From: Octopus vulgaris
Taxonomy: Eukaryota
Reading direction: 5' to 3'
DNA: 64,000 bases
Assembly: GCA_951406725.2 (NCBI GenBank)
Contig: OX597818.1
Span: 10,602,001 to 10,666,000, forward strand
Shown piece after piece: positions 27,849-40,305 of this stretch (position 1 is its first letter; each line of letters starts with the position of its first letter). The position numbers and the translations under genes are program-made. The notes beneath the pieces are model-generated. The model worked only from the letters and a program-made list of their open reading frames with translations. It was not told the origin of the DNA and searched no databases.

Positions 27849-27914
27849 TCTATGTGAGTGCTTTTTTCACTTTCTATGTGAGTGCTTTTTTCACTTTCTA
27901 TGTGAGTGCTTTTC
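27849..27914. repeat. 24-bp tandem repeat, about 2.7 copies
   Basis: Unit TCTATGTGAGTGCTTTTTTCACTT. Confidence 0.85.
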
Positions 27915-27919
27915 AAAAT

Positions 27920-28052
27920 TCGGGGGCACACATGAAGTAAAAATATATCTAAAAGTATTGAGGAAAAAATTATATTCAGGTTACACTGCGGTACACCTAG
28001 CATCGTCTCGTGGCACATCAGTGTGCCGCGGCATACTTGTTGCAGAGCACTG
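27920..28052. mobile_element. hAT (Charlie/Buster-like) terminal fragment
   Basis: Ends ..GTGGCACATCAGTGTGCCGCGGCATAC..GCAGAGCACTG, resembling a CAGTG-type hAT terminus with GCCGCGGCAC subterminal palindromes. Confidence 0.5.
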
Positions 28053-28552
28053 TTCTATGTATATATCACTGCATACATTTCGCGCTCTCTCTCTCTCCAG
28101 TGAATAGAGCCTCAGCTCTTTTAAACCTCTCTCTGTTGCACTGAGGCTATCTTTTTGATGGAGTGGCGTTGGATTCCCTTGAGTTCTGTCGCTAATTTGA
28201 GCTTTGTGTCGACCGTAATTGGGAGCAGTAACTTAAGCGCCTGAATATGAATGTTGTCCATGGGAGCAACATGGTTTCCTTTTACTCGTGATCTGAATGA
28301 TTTCGGAATTTAGCCAGTCAGTCGCCAGCACTTTTGTTGCCGTCTTAGTAATGTGCACACTGAACGATGCATCACCGATCATGTGGATTCCCAAACTGAC
28401 CGACAGACAGATAAACAAACAGACATACAACCAGACGGACAGGCAGATCGACAGATACACAATCAGGCAAACAAGCCGACAGACATACAATCAGACAGAC
28501 AGACCGATAGACATACAATCAGACAGACAGACAGACATACAGATAGATAGAT

Positions 28553-28589
<37 letters not shown>

Positions 28590-28829
28590 TACGCTCGTAC
28601 ACATAAAAGCGCGCATGCATACATACACACACTCACACACACACACTCACACACACACACAGAGTGACGCACAAAATTTGTATCCGCAATAATCATAACA
28701 TCTCAAGTACGATTGTGCTTTCGCACGCTATTTATATACGCTCCCCAACACTTTTCCCCACACTCTCTCTATATATAGATTTAATCTACCTTTTTTCCAG
28801 CCCTTACACCATTCCCTTATTCGATGCTT

Positions 28830-28885
<56 letters not shown>

Positions 28886-29169
28886 CCCTCTTCTCTCTAC
28901 TTTTCCCTGTCTCTTTCTCATTATCTCCCCTATCTCATGTCTTTTTAATTGAAAGGTGCAAAATAACCGAATAAATACGGTAGTTAGTAATGGACAGCAG
29001 CTGGCTTGTGTACTATTTGGTTTAAGTCCAATGTGGTGATAGCTGTTGCTGTTGTTTAGCCCTAAGCTAGCAATAATCAAACAAGGCTTATGATCAAAAC
29101 TTTTCCAGCTGTAAAAAGCAACCATTCTTTTCCATACGAGCAGGGAAACCGAGTCTATTTTATCTAATG

Positions 29170-29506
29170 CGGGGTTCTCAACCATTTTTCATCTACGGGT
29201 CCTTTGGATTACTATTTGTTCTGGTGGACCCAAAGCCATTCAATGTTTAAAGGCTAGTTTTATAGAAACTTCTTTCAAAATTCCTTTTTTTTTCATACGT
29301 TAACTGTAGATTGAACTACGTAAAATATTAAAGAAACCGAGCTGTTTCTTGCAATACATACCAATACATACATCTAAAGCAAAATTTTTTTTCAGGTGCC
29401 CTTAAAATACTATTGTGGATCCCCAATGTATTCTTTTGTTGCGTGGACCACCAAAAGTCGTACGTCGATCCTCAAAGACCATATGGACCCCGGTTGAGAA
29501 CCACCA
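29170..29506. mobile_element. hAT-Charlie-type MITE interrupting a family D copy
   Basis: TIRs GGTTCTCAACC / GGTTGAGAACC and GGACCC subterminal repeats; interior homologous to 43097-43390. Confidence 0.75.
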
Positions 29507-29782
29507 ATTTTGTGTTTTTTCTTCTATGACAATAAGACACGATTAGAGGAAGATTTGGTTTCTATTTCTAACAAGTTCAATTTCTAACTTTTCTGTTCAT
29601 TTGTGGTCATGAAGGTGGTGATTGTGATCAAAGGCGTCGAAACCTTGACCAATCCAACTTTTTTATCAACTGTGAATCTTAGATTACGCACATTTTGTAT
29701 GTGCCCAGCTGTTTTTTAAGATGGTGTGTTTTTGTGGAGAATTTAGCTATTTCAAGAAAATCGAGTGATCCCGTTTGGACTC

Positions 29783-29830
<48 letters not shown>

Positions 29831-29929
29831 CTCTCTCTCTGTTTCTCTCTCTCTCACTCTTCTCTCTCTCTCATGTTTGGCCTGACATTTAGACCTTCTC
29901 CACCTGTATCCCTCAAAAGGGTTACTGTA

Positions 29930-30150
29930 TATTGGTTTCGTATTTTGGCACAAGGCTAGTAAGTTCGGGCGAGTGGTTGAGTCGATTACATCGACCCCAG
30001 TCAGTCCTCAAATGATACTTATTTTATCGATCCCGAAAGGATGAAACGCTAGGTTGAATTTAGCAGAATTTGAACTCAGAACGTAAAGACGGACGAAATG
30101 CTGCTAAGCATTTTGCCGGCGTGCTAACGATTCCACCGGCTCGCCGATTT
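29930..30150 (-). mobile_element. SINE family B, near full length
   Basis: GCACAAGGC..ATCGATCCCGAAAGGATGAAA..TTTGAACTCAGAACGTAAAGAC..CCGGCTCGCC. Confidence 0.8.
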
Positions 30151-30379
30151 AATGCTACTAATATATATTAGTGCTGGTTTGGAGCACAAGCTAAACAACT
30201 CACTTACAGCTTAGGACCTCAAGAGCCTTCGGGATCTACAAAATACTCAGAGAATACTTTCAATTTTGTGAGACCTTCCAGTGTAATGTTTAAACAAGGA
30301 GCTTCCAAATATTATACAGCTTAGGGTCTCACCAACTTTAATCCTACAAATTACTCTTTATTCTCAATTATCTTCCTTA

Positions 30380-30528
30380 TATTTGTTTCAGTCATTAGAC
30401 TGCGACCTTGCTGGGGCACAGCCTTCAAAGTCTTGTACTTATTCTAACGGTATCTTTTGTCGAGCCGCTGTTACGCGGACGTAAATACACCAAGGGTGGG
30501 GGAGAACACAGGCACAAAGTCACGCACA

Positions 30529-30584
<56 letters not shown>

Positions 30585-30742
30585 GACTTCTGACACTTTC
30601 TGTTCACCAGATGTACTCAAAGGGCTTAGATCGGCCCGAAGATATAGTAAAAGACATTCGCCCAAGGTGCCACACAGTGAAACTGAACCCAGAACCATGT
30701 AGTTGAGAAGCAAACTTCTTACCGCACAGCTACGACTGCACC
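30380..30742 (-). mobile_element. SINE family A
   Basis: Collinear with family A, with internal deletions. Confidence 0.75.
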
Positions 30743-30744
30743 TA

Positions 30745-31520
30745 CTATCACTACTAATAATACTGTCAATACTACTACCACCACCATTTTTTTACCACAT
30801 CCGCCACCACCACCAGTATCACGTACACCACTATGACTAACCCTTTTCTGACCACCACTTTGGAACTATCGGCCTGACCATAATTGCCACGACTACCACT
30901 ACTACTTCGACCATCACACACACAGTCTCATCTTCAATACCCTACTACCTCCACTACCATGATCATCATCATCACCACCACCACCACCACGAATAATACA
31001 AGTATTACCTTAAAGTCAGCATAACACAGTCACCACTATCATCACAACATTCACAAGCACTGCAACGACTACCCTATCCCCCACCACCATCCACTAATAC
31101 TACCCCCACCCTCATTATTCCCACCACCACCTCTACTACCATCATTACTATTTCCACCTTCCATTAACAATCACCGCAACCATCCCACCATCCATATCGC
31201 TTTTCCTCACATCATGTTTCAAATTTCTCTTTTTCAACAAATACTCTTCTCACTCCCCCTCCTCCTCCCATCCTCCTCCCATCCAACCACATCCAACCAG
31301 TCCTCCCACCCCTTTATCTCAACCCCCCCTTTTGTCTACTCGTGTCATATCACCTTCTTCAACACCACACACACACACACACACATACACACACCGTCAA
31401 CACCACCAACACGACCACCATCACCACAATATTTTATCAGTATATCTGTTTCATTGATTCTCTGTATGTAGACATTGTGTCTATTATGGTAGTGGTGGTA
31501 GTGGTAGTGGTGGTGGTAGG
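30745..31520. repeat. Degenerate (CAC/TAC)n low-complexity tract
   Basis: Read directly from the sequence. Confidence 0.7.
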
Positions 31521-32319
31521 GCATGATGGGGAATCTAGTCTGACATCTCTCTCTGTCTCTCTGTTTCTCTCTCTCTCTTTCTCTTCGTTATCTCTCTATC
31601 TTTCTCTCTATCTCATACATTTCTCCTCATCTCCCACCACCACCCCACACACACACACATATACACTTTTCGACTAGTTTTGTTGGCCTGCCCCTTGTCA
31701 ACAGCAAGCAACATAAACAACAGCAAAAAAAAGCGTTATGATGTATCTTGAACCCTATTTAAAGGTACATTTAATTTCCCTTCTACCTCATCAACACACC
31801 ATTATCATCATCTATTTTGCACCCTGATCATATTTTAAATTACGACTACCATTACTGCTACTGTTACTATAACAACCGCTGAAGTATTGCGATATAGCGT
31901 GCTTTGAAGTTGGGAGAATTGGACAAAGTGCCTGGCAGTATAAAGTGAAGTTCCTTTACATTCTGTGTTCAAATCCTGCCGAGGGCAACTTTGCTTTCAT
32001 CCTTTCAGAGTCGATAAAATTAAAAGTACCACTCAAGTATTAGAACCCATATAATCGACAATACCGCTCCCTCACATTGGAAGCCTTGTGCCTCTGCTGG
32101 GAATTACTAAGTATGCGGATATGACATGGTGAATGCTGTTTGGATAAAATTTAACAAGTAAAAAGCACTTCACGAATTGTATGTCTCTGCTTTATTAAAA
32201 TTCTTCCTAGAAGGAGGGAGCTGGTTGCCAACAAAAGAAACAGAAACTTTATCACTGGAACTGAGATTACAATTACGATAATTGTTACATTCTGAACTTT
32301 ACAAAAGTTATTTCGTCTC

Positions 32320-32585
32320 TTCTTTTATTTGTTTCAGTCATTTGATTGCGGCCATGCTGGGGCGTCACCTTGAAGGGTTTTAGTCGAACAAATCTGCCCC
32401 AGGACTTTTTTTTTAAAGCCTGGCACTATTCTATCGGTTTCCTTTGCCGAACCGCTAAGCTACAGGGACGTAAAAACACCAACACCAGTTGTCAAGTGGT
32501 GGTGGAAACAAACACACGTACACACACACACCATATATGTGTGTGTATGTATGTATGTATATTTATAAGCAAGCTTCTTATCACA
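32320..32585 (-). mobile_element. SINE family A, 3' half
   Basis: TTGTTTCAGTCATTTGATTGCGGCCATGCTGG..GCCGAACCGCTAAG. Confidence 0.75.
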
Positions 32586-32867
32586 CACCTACGCATATTT
32601 TTGCATACTTTTTACTGTTTCACTAATAGATTGTCTATAAAGTGCTTGGTTATTTACCTAAAAAATCCTGGCATTTCAAAATTGTCGCTTAGATATTTAC
32701 TAATATAGCTAAGTGCATCACTGATTATTGATATAAATGTGAAATTATAATCAGTGCCGAGAAACTGCAGGTTTCAAGGGAGATGTCTATAAACATTCTC
32801 CTTCCCACCAATCTTTGGTCAGCTAACTTCTGTGACTAAACATATTTTTATTTTCTGGTCAAGTAAA

Positions 32868-33220
32868 TTATCACATCAAGCGAAGGCGGAGGTATTGCTT
32901 TCAGTCATGTTTGTCTGTGGACAAGATATCTCAAGAACTGCTGGATGGGTTTGGATGAAACTTTCAGGAATGTTTGGCATCGTGACTGGCACGAACTGAT
33001 TAGACTTTGGGATCGATCCGGTACCGGACAATGATTCTAGATTATTTTTCCGGGTTTTTTTTTACTTAATTTTTGAGAGCGGTCGGGTTCATTTTTAGTA
33101 TTCTTGTTTGTAAGAGTCGGGTTTATTTCAAATATTCTCATTTTAAAAGTCATCTCTGGCTGATCGTTGAGAGGACGTTGGTGTTGCCTTGGCGGAGGTT
33201 TGAGCTTTCTGAGTGCTCGT
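32868..33220 (+). mobile_element. Helentron-associated (HINE/DINE-1-like) non-autonomous rolling-circle element
   Basis: 5' GGCGGAGGTATTGCTTTC then GTTTGTCTGT and GATATCTCAAGAACTGCTGGATGG..TGAAACTTTCAGG; 3' CCTTGGCGGAGGT followed by a GAGCT..GAGTGCTC short hairpin, the layout of HINE elements. Confidence 0.65.
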
Positions 33221-33594
33221 TACGTTTGCAATTGGTACAAGTTTTTTATGAGAATGTTCCGCCAATGTTTCATGTGTTGACATATACGTGGTCAATAGCA
33301 GAGACGTTACTCCTCTATCTGTATTCGCACAAGTCTGCAGGCATGCATGCTAAAAGTTTGTACAAGTTACTATTCTAGTTTCACCAGTCGGCCAATTTGT
33401 GTGGGTGGCCGTCGAAACAGACACAGCAGCTTGTGAAATTCCAAACCGAGTGGTTTATCTTGATGAAAAACCTTCGTATATGTATTAATTACTTTTTTTA
33501 CCGTTCTTTATCACTAGTGTGTGAGTGTTTGGTGAAGTCGGAAATAGAGTTATAACATAATTCCGTTTATCAGAGTTTCATTTTTGTATAGAGA

Positions 33595-33922
33595 AAAGCC
33601 TCCTTTGGTCACGAATGGCTACGGGCTTGCACCTAGAAAGTTTCTCTCCGCGATACAAGTTCGGTCAGAGTTGTTAATGAAAGAATAGCAATGCCTATGC
33701 ATATCAGCCTCCCCCTCCACGGCATCGATGTTGTCCAAGGGAAAAGCAAGACCGATACAGCTTGGCACCATTGACGTCGCAACTCATTTCTACAGCTGAG
33801 TGAACTGGAGCAATGTGAAATAAAGTGTCTTGCTCAACAACACAGCACACAGCCCGGTCCGGGAATAGAACTCACAACCTCACGATTGTAAACCGACGCT
33901 CTAACCATTGAGCCATGAGCCT
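33595..33922 (-). mobile_element. tRNA/CORE-like SINE, family C variant with an RTE-like tail
   Basis: Reverse complement: GGCTCATGGCTCAATGGTTAGAGCGTC..GAGTTCTATTCC head, GTTGAGCAAGACACTTTATTTCAC CORE-like segment, tail ..CCATTCGTGACCAAAGGAGG. Confidence 0.72.
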
Positions 33923-34002
33923 TAATTCTGTACGTACATACACACACACATACACACACATGCACATGTGTGTGTGTGTGATTGTGTGTGTGTGTGTGTA
34001 TG

Positions 34003-34575
34003 ATTGTTCAGTTTTATTTCAAGATTTCTTGCCAATAGAGCAAGAGTCGGTTTCTAACCTAGAACCAAGGCTCCTTCATAGGAATTTCAACATCAACAAC
34101 AGGGTATCTTTGTTTGTATGTATGTATGTACGTATGTATGTATATGTGCAGATTTGTATGTTTTGTTTTATGTGTGTATTCTCAGGCATATAGTTGCATA
34201 TAGTGGTCCAAATTGGATATGCAATCTATGTAGGTGTATTTTTCAATACATTGTCTGCTTTTAAAAGTCACATCAGACGCCATGATGGATCTAATGTGTA
34301 GGTACAGGAGGTGGTCAGACTCTGCATAAGGAGTAGACAACCACCATAGTTGCATATCTAGTCATGCTCATATATATGTAAATGATAAACTTCTGGAGAG
34401 TTTTGCAGATTTTTACAGTTCCGGGGTCGGATTCGATCTGTAGTCTTCGAATTAACTTTCTCCTTTCTGGTTTTGAGAAGCCTATTTTCTCAAGATTGGT
34501 ATTTAGGCAGTGTGTTACATATCCCAAGGCCCCACTAATTACAGGTATAAGCATGAATTTGTAATCTGGATAGAG
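34003..34575 (-). mobile_element. 5'-truncated R4/Dong-like (RLE) non-LTR retrotransposon: ORF C-terminus plus 3'UTR
   Basis: Minus-strand peptide LYPDYKFMLIPVISGALGYVTHCLNTNLEKIGF..LIRRLQIESDPGTVKICK resembles the IPVIIGALG...LQ...GT.KI C-terminus after the restriction-like endonuclease of R4-clade elements; AATAAA just before the end; both ends abut CATA/CA repeats. Confidence 0.7.
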
Positions 34576-35514
34576 GTATGTATGTATGTATGTATGTATG
34601 TATGTATGTATGTATGTATGTATGTATGTATGTATGTATGTATGTATGTATAAACACATATACGCATACATACAATTTCGCATATATCATACATACACGC
34701 ATATATTATATTGTGTGTGTGAGTGTATAGGTCATGTGTTCAACAAGAGCTATGATCAAAGTGGTTTCTAATCGAGAAAGAGAGCGACCGCTCCCACTGA
34801 GCACATTATTTAAAATTGTTGCCTTTTTAACAATATTTTTAACTCTTTAGTTCATTTGTGCGATAAAAGTCGAATCTCTCTTTGTTGTCCGTTGTTGTTA
34901 ATCGCATGACCTTGGAAGAACTTTCTGGAGTCATTACTTTATTTGACTAACTTCCCATGTTTCTGAACTGTCTACTCAATCTCCTGTGATGTGTAGGTGG
35001 CCGCTGACATATGAAGAACCAAAACAAACCTTGACGTCATAACCTCTCGACTCTGAACGATCCCAGTCACTGAAACACGAAATTAATGAATGTAGAATAC
35101 AAATGAGTATATTATAACCACTGAAATATTTCGTGTAATATAAAAGAAATGAATTTAAAATTGTTTTATGTGCTCACTCCCCTTAACTTTAGAACCTGAT
35201 TACGCCTCTGAATCCTGGCCATCCCATCTTAAGCGTTGCATAACTAAGACTTAAATTAATCAATGCGCTCTTCCCGTTTCAGACGGTATAATCTGGAAAA
35301 ATTTGGCTGCCATTTCTTGCAGTTTAAACGTACTCCTTGCGTTTTACCTTCTTATCATGTTTTGTGTAAAGGTTTCTTTTCTCTGCAGTACCTGCACACC
35401 ACAGCGTCAGACACTATGACTAACAACACACCGCAACATTTTGGGAGCCCACAATTACTGTCATAACACCTCAATGCTACCATACCTCAGTTACACAAAC
35501 CAATAAGAAAGACC

Positions 35515-35920
35515 AAGACATGGTCGCTCGACCTGCATGAAATAATAGCTAAATCTCCCTTAAATCACACACAATTATCTTGCGTAAGAAAAGACAGCAC
35601 CTAAAAAGATAGGAGATAGTCGAGACTCGAACTCTTTCGATTGCCACCGCCGTAACTACTTACAACCAGGACTGACTTGGGGCAAAGCAACAACAATATA
35701 TAAGTTAAAGAAAGAGCCTTTACGTGGTCACTTAACTTCCTAAACATAGCAGCCAAATCTCCATTATGTGCTTAAGAAGCACAAAAAGAAATAATAAAAG
35801 AGGCAACAATGTCGTCCTAGATACCGTTGAACAGAATAAATACGGGTTGGATAACGGCTGGAATGCTTTTAATCATGGGTCTGCTCGATAACGACTGACC
35901 TGGGGTTAAACAACAACACG
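35515..35920 (+). mobile_element. Family D dimer
   Basis: Two units ending GGGGCAAAGCAACAACAA and GGGGTTAAACAACAAC. Confidence 0.65.
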
Positions 35921-36081
35921 AATAACAACCATCAGGCAGAACCATACTATCTTAGCGCGCTATATCACGTGACTAAGACATCATGACTACTCTCCACTTT
36001 CACGAGCATCACCCTGTGTTTATGTTGCTTATCTCCAACTTTCAACACCCTTGTTAATGGCTAACCAATACTAACTTCATA

Positions 36082-36126
<45 letters not shown>

Positions 36127-36291
36127 CACTGACTCACACACTCACACTCCACTCCATACTCAGCCGTTCATCCTCTCCGTTTTAGTCCCTGCATTCACTC
36201 CTATCATTTTCACACCATTCTGTCACCCAATCTTGGAAATCTTTCTTCATACATGCTCTTATAATGTATGTATATTTTTTTATTAGCTGTA

Positions 36292-36400
36292 TTTGCTACA
36301 GAAGTGACTCAAGGGCCTAATGTTTCATGACAAGGCACTTGTCAAACTGAGTTTGACAAGTGCCTTGCCATGAAATTCTAGGACTTTAAGCCTGTAGCAA
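36292..36400. repeat. Short palindromic element with a 26-bp-arm core hairpin
   Basis: TTTCATGACAAGGCACTTGTCAAACT-G-AGTTTGACAAGTGCCTTGCCATGAAA (36323-36375, one mismatch); outer TTGCTACAG..CTGTAGCAA also inverted. Confidence 0.8.
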
Positions 36401-37733
36401 TCTTAGCAAATAAACGATCATATGGACTTGGTTTTACGTATTGAGTTTCTCATTCTCCCGCTTGTAAAACCAAATGTAACGTGTGTGCGTGTGCGCGTGT
36501 GAGAGAAAGACACACGCGCGCACACATACAAACAGTAAGTAAGCACACGCGTACAAACTTTTATGCAAGTACACGCACGTACTTAAACACGCGCTCACAC
36601 ACATACACACAGTTTGCACGCACATATTAGCTTCATACACACACACATATATACACACACATATCCCAAACTCACAGTTGTTCCCCTTGCCACTGACGCC
36701 TAAAGCGACCTCTCTATCACTTTCGCTCATTACAGTGTGCCGCGACAGTTGCATACACGTACGGTTCTATATCTCAATTTTCCCTTCTCTGTTTTTCTCT
36801 CCTCTTGTCCATCTTTTCTTTCGGAAGAAGAGTGAATACTCCAAACGTTAAAAACTTTTCCTCTTTTTTCTAATGTTCTGTGCATCAACTATGTATCTAT
36901 CTTTGTTTGCTGTTTTCTTTTTTTTCTTGCTTTATCTTGACTTTAAGAATGAATAGATGAGTGCAGGTTGCCAAACTTGAGGCAAGGATACAAACATAAT
37001 TTTGAAAAGGATATTAGGACTTAAAAAATACATTTGCAAAGCGCAAGAAAGAATTTCTGAAATTTCAGTTGACCAATAATTAGAGCTATGTGGTGGGGGC
37101 TGATTTTTATCTTTGGTATTTATCGTGGCAACTCCGAACATGCTTCGTTCTTTTTAGTCCTCTTCAGCTGCCAGTAGATTATGCTTCGAAGCATATCTAC
37201 AGTTGTCACTTAAACTGCCAAAAACAAACTCACTTCCCTTGCATATGTCCATAGAATGTTTGGATAATGGAAATTCATGTGATTCTCCTTCTTATAAGTG
37301 TCTTTTTAGCGCTAAACACTTTTCTTTTTAGTTATTTCAATTGTTTAAAAATTATCTCCGTTCACCATAACTATGATAGTCTGTACTTAATAATACCCTT
37401 ATACAGAGGCATAGCCATGTCCCAAAGTTGTGAGAGCAAGCTTATAAAAGAAATGCGCCGTGGTACATACCAGACAATTTTTAACTCATTTCTCTTATAT
37501 TACACGTAATATTTTATTAGTTATAATATACGTAATTGTATTTTACATTTATTGATTTTATGTTTCAATAGCAATGTCATTATATATATATGAAACTTAC
37601 TACTACTTTTATATGTAACTAAAGGCTTTAAATAAATTGTTGAAAGAGTACCAATTTTGGAAAATGTTCTCGTGGGAAGCAGTCCCCATGCCCCTTTATT
37701 AGCTATGATACTGCATACATACATACAAGTGCA

Positions 37734-37790
<57 letters not shown>

Positions 37791-37971
37791 TGATAAAAAT
37801 GGTAAGACAACAAAAGAATGAAAGAGACCTCGATATTATGTAAATAGAGGAATTTATCTGTAAATGTAATATGTGACAATTATTCGGTAGCCATGATAAA
37901 ACTCCGAGTTTCGGATGCCGGGGTGAAAATCCACGCCGCCATCTCTTCAGTTATCCGGCCATCGGAAAAAC
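37791..37971 (-). mobile_element. Penelope-like pseudo-LTR fragment within (TA)n
   Basis: A 181-bp insert flanked by (TA)n on both sides that carries a hammerhead motif; hammerheads are a known feature of Penelope-like pLTRs. Confidence 0.55.
37889..37961 (-). ncRNA. Type I hammerhead ribozyme
   Basis: Minus strand: GAUAA-CUGAAGA-[GAUG-G-CGG-C-GUG gauuuu CAC-C-CCG-G-CAUC]-C-GAAACUC-G-GAGU-U-UUAUC. Stem I GAUAA/UUAUC (extendable), intact CUGANGA and GAAA boxes, short near-palindromic stem III, GUU site. Confidence 0.72.
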
Positions 37972-38046
37972 TATATATATATATATATATAATTTAATAA
38001 ATAAAATATATGCATACATACATACATATATGTACGTACCTACATC

Positions 38047-38092
<46 letters not shown>

Positions 38093-39283
38093 TACTGGAC
38101 ACCACAAATAAACGAAGAACTCAACAAGAAACGAAAACATAAAAACAAACTAGGAAACGGACTTTTTTTAACAATGAAAAAACAGAGTGCAAGACAAACA
38201 TATATATATATATGCTTTTGGTGGCCTGAAGAGTCACCAGGTGAAGTGAATAAATTGTAAACATCAGTGAATGATTGTAATAGTAACGTGTGCTGTTGTT
38301 TGTCTATTTGGTTCTCACCGAACGCTCTTACGTCGTCTGCGACGGGAGAGTCCGTCAAATATACAGTACACGCTCTCACACATGCATGCGCGCGCTTGGA
38401 TGTATCAATAGGACAAAAAAAATGTTAATTTATTCTTTCGAAGCTGATGTTTCACTGAATTGTTCGATATTTTTGCTTTGTTTTATGGGGGTGGAAACGA
38501 AGAAAGTTTTCTTTTTAACCTATACTCTAATTCTACCAACAACAACGGTCTGACCTGCTCGAGTTAGCTGCCAAATTTCCCATAAATTACTCCCTACGTA
38601 CTTTTTTAAAAAATCGGGATTGTCACGGCTTGACAATTTTAATAAAAGATCTGCTCGATAAGGACTGATGTGAGACAAAAAACAAAAAAAAACAATTTCT
38701 CTCTCAACTCCAAACCCCGTTCACATATCTTGGCCTCACCATCGTCTCAGCAGCCTAGTTGTTACCTTCTTCATTTGATTCCGCCGATCTCAGCCTTCAC
38801 TCTTTCGCATCTGTTCTTCATTTCTCCAATCCCCACTTCCACTCTTTATTTCGTGCTAAGATCGGCCTGTGAGAAAAATGGCACCTAAATCTTCATTAAA
38901 TCTCATACTCCTCAGTTGACATGTTTAAGCTGTTGTAGTTTAAGGACCATTTGGAGACTAACTAACGAAATATTTCATTAGCAGTCCGTCTCACGGGCTC
39001 AAGAACACGCTCTCTGTAGCAGTGATTCGCAACCTTTTGTACCTCAGCGACACCTTTGCCCCAGTGCCATTTTACAAACGTCACCTTCCTATTCTGCGAG
39101 AATGAAGACCAGATCAATACACAAATAAATAAATAACACACAGCGGATCAACCGGACACAAGCTACTTTTGTGCGGTGCTTCCATTATCCATTATTTCTT
39201 ATACTCTTCCATTCAGCATGTTCTTGTTAGTGTCGCCTATATCAAATCTATAGAGAAATCACTGAACAGGACGAGGACTTACA

Positions 39284-39803
39284 GACGGAATTCTGATTTA
39301 AGCACCCACTCGTAACTGATTATTTCTTGGAATTTTCAGAAAACTTTTGCGAATTTGTGTTCTACACGCGAAGATTCATACGATTATGAAAAGAATTTCT
39401 TTGTGTAGCTGTTTTAGCACATCCCATGACCACCTGATATCTTCCTCGTTTCTTTGTCACTCGTTGACATGTATTGATGGTTTTCAATATTTTTCTCCCC
39501 ATAAACACATTTAATGGTATGATGATGCACCCAAGGGTACTGCATTGTTATGATTTTAGCCAAAAATTCGGATTATCCGTATTTTAAACTCTGATTAAAT
39601 CAAAAATTCGAAAAAGAGTGGAAAATTTAAGATTTACGGGGGAAAGGGGTAAAACTAAAAAATTGGGTGGGGGCGTTTTTTATTTTCATAATCGTATGAA
39701 TTCCTGTGTGTAAAACGCAAATTCGCTACAATTTTCTGAAATTTCCAAAATATAAAAGAAATTATGAAGGGTTATAATGGTGTGCTTTAACCAGAATTCT
39801 GCC
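39284..39803. mobile_element. Degenerate long-TIR MITE (GG/CC-type termini)
   Basis: GACGGAATTCTGATTTAAGCAC..TTCATACGATTATGAAA is inverted relative to TTTCATAATCGTATGAA..GTGCTTTAACCAGAATTCTGCC; flanks GACTTACA / GACTTTAT may be a decayed 8-bp TSD. Confidence 0.65.
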
Positions 39804-40249
39804 GACTTTATATAATGACATATTTAGATTTATTTTACCATTGCACGTAAATTAATTTTAGTGCAAAACAAACAACATTACAACTACAATTATAGCTTTA
39901 GATAAAAGAATCAAATTCTGATGTTGGTAATCGGTTCCTTTAGAATGAAAATAAAACAAACTTACGTAAAATAATTTAAGATAATTAGCAAAACAATAAT
40001 AATCCCAAAACAATATTTAATAATTGAAGAAGAACAAATGACTGCCTTGTATTTGATGAGATTTTGCTAATTGAAATATATCAGGTTCAGTATTTAACAA
40101 AACTGCAAGTCCCTCCTACGCATAATCTCGCAATCTTTTTTTTCAGTTTTGCTAACAGTTGTGCTACGACGCTGTATCCTTTCTCATTCAGAGATGAAGA
40201 TGGATCTACTACCACCAGCTATCAGCTGAGTTTATGTATTGTTACAGTG

Positions 40250-40304
<55 letters not shown>

Positions 40305-40305
<1 letters not shown>

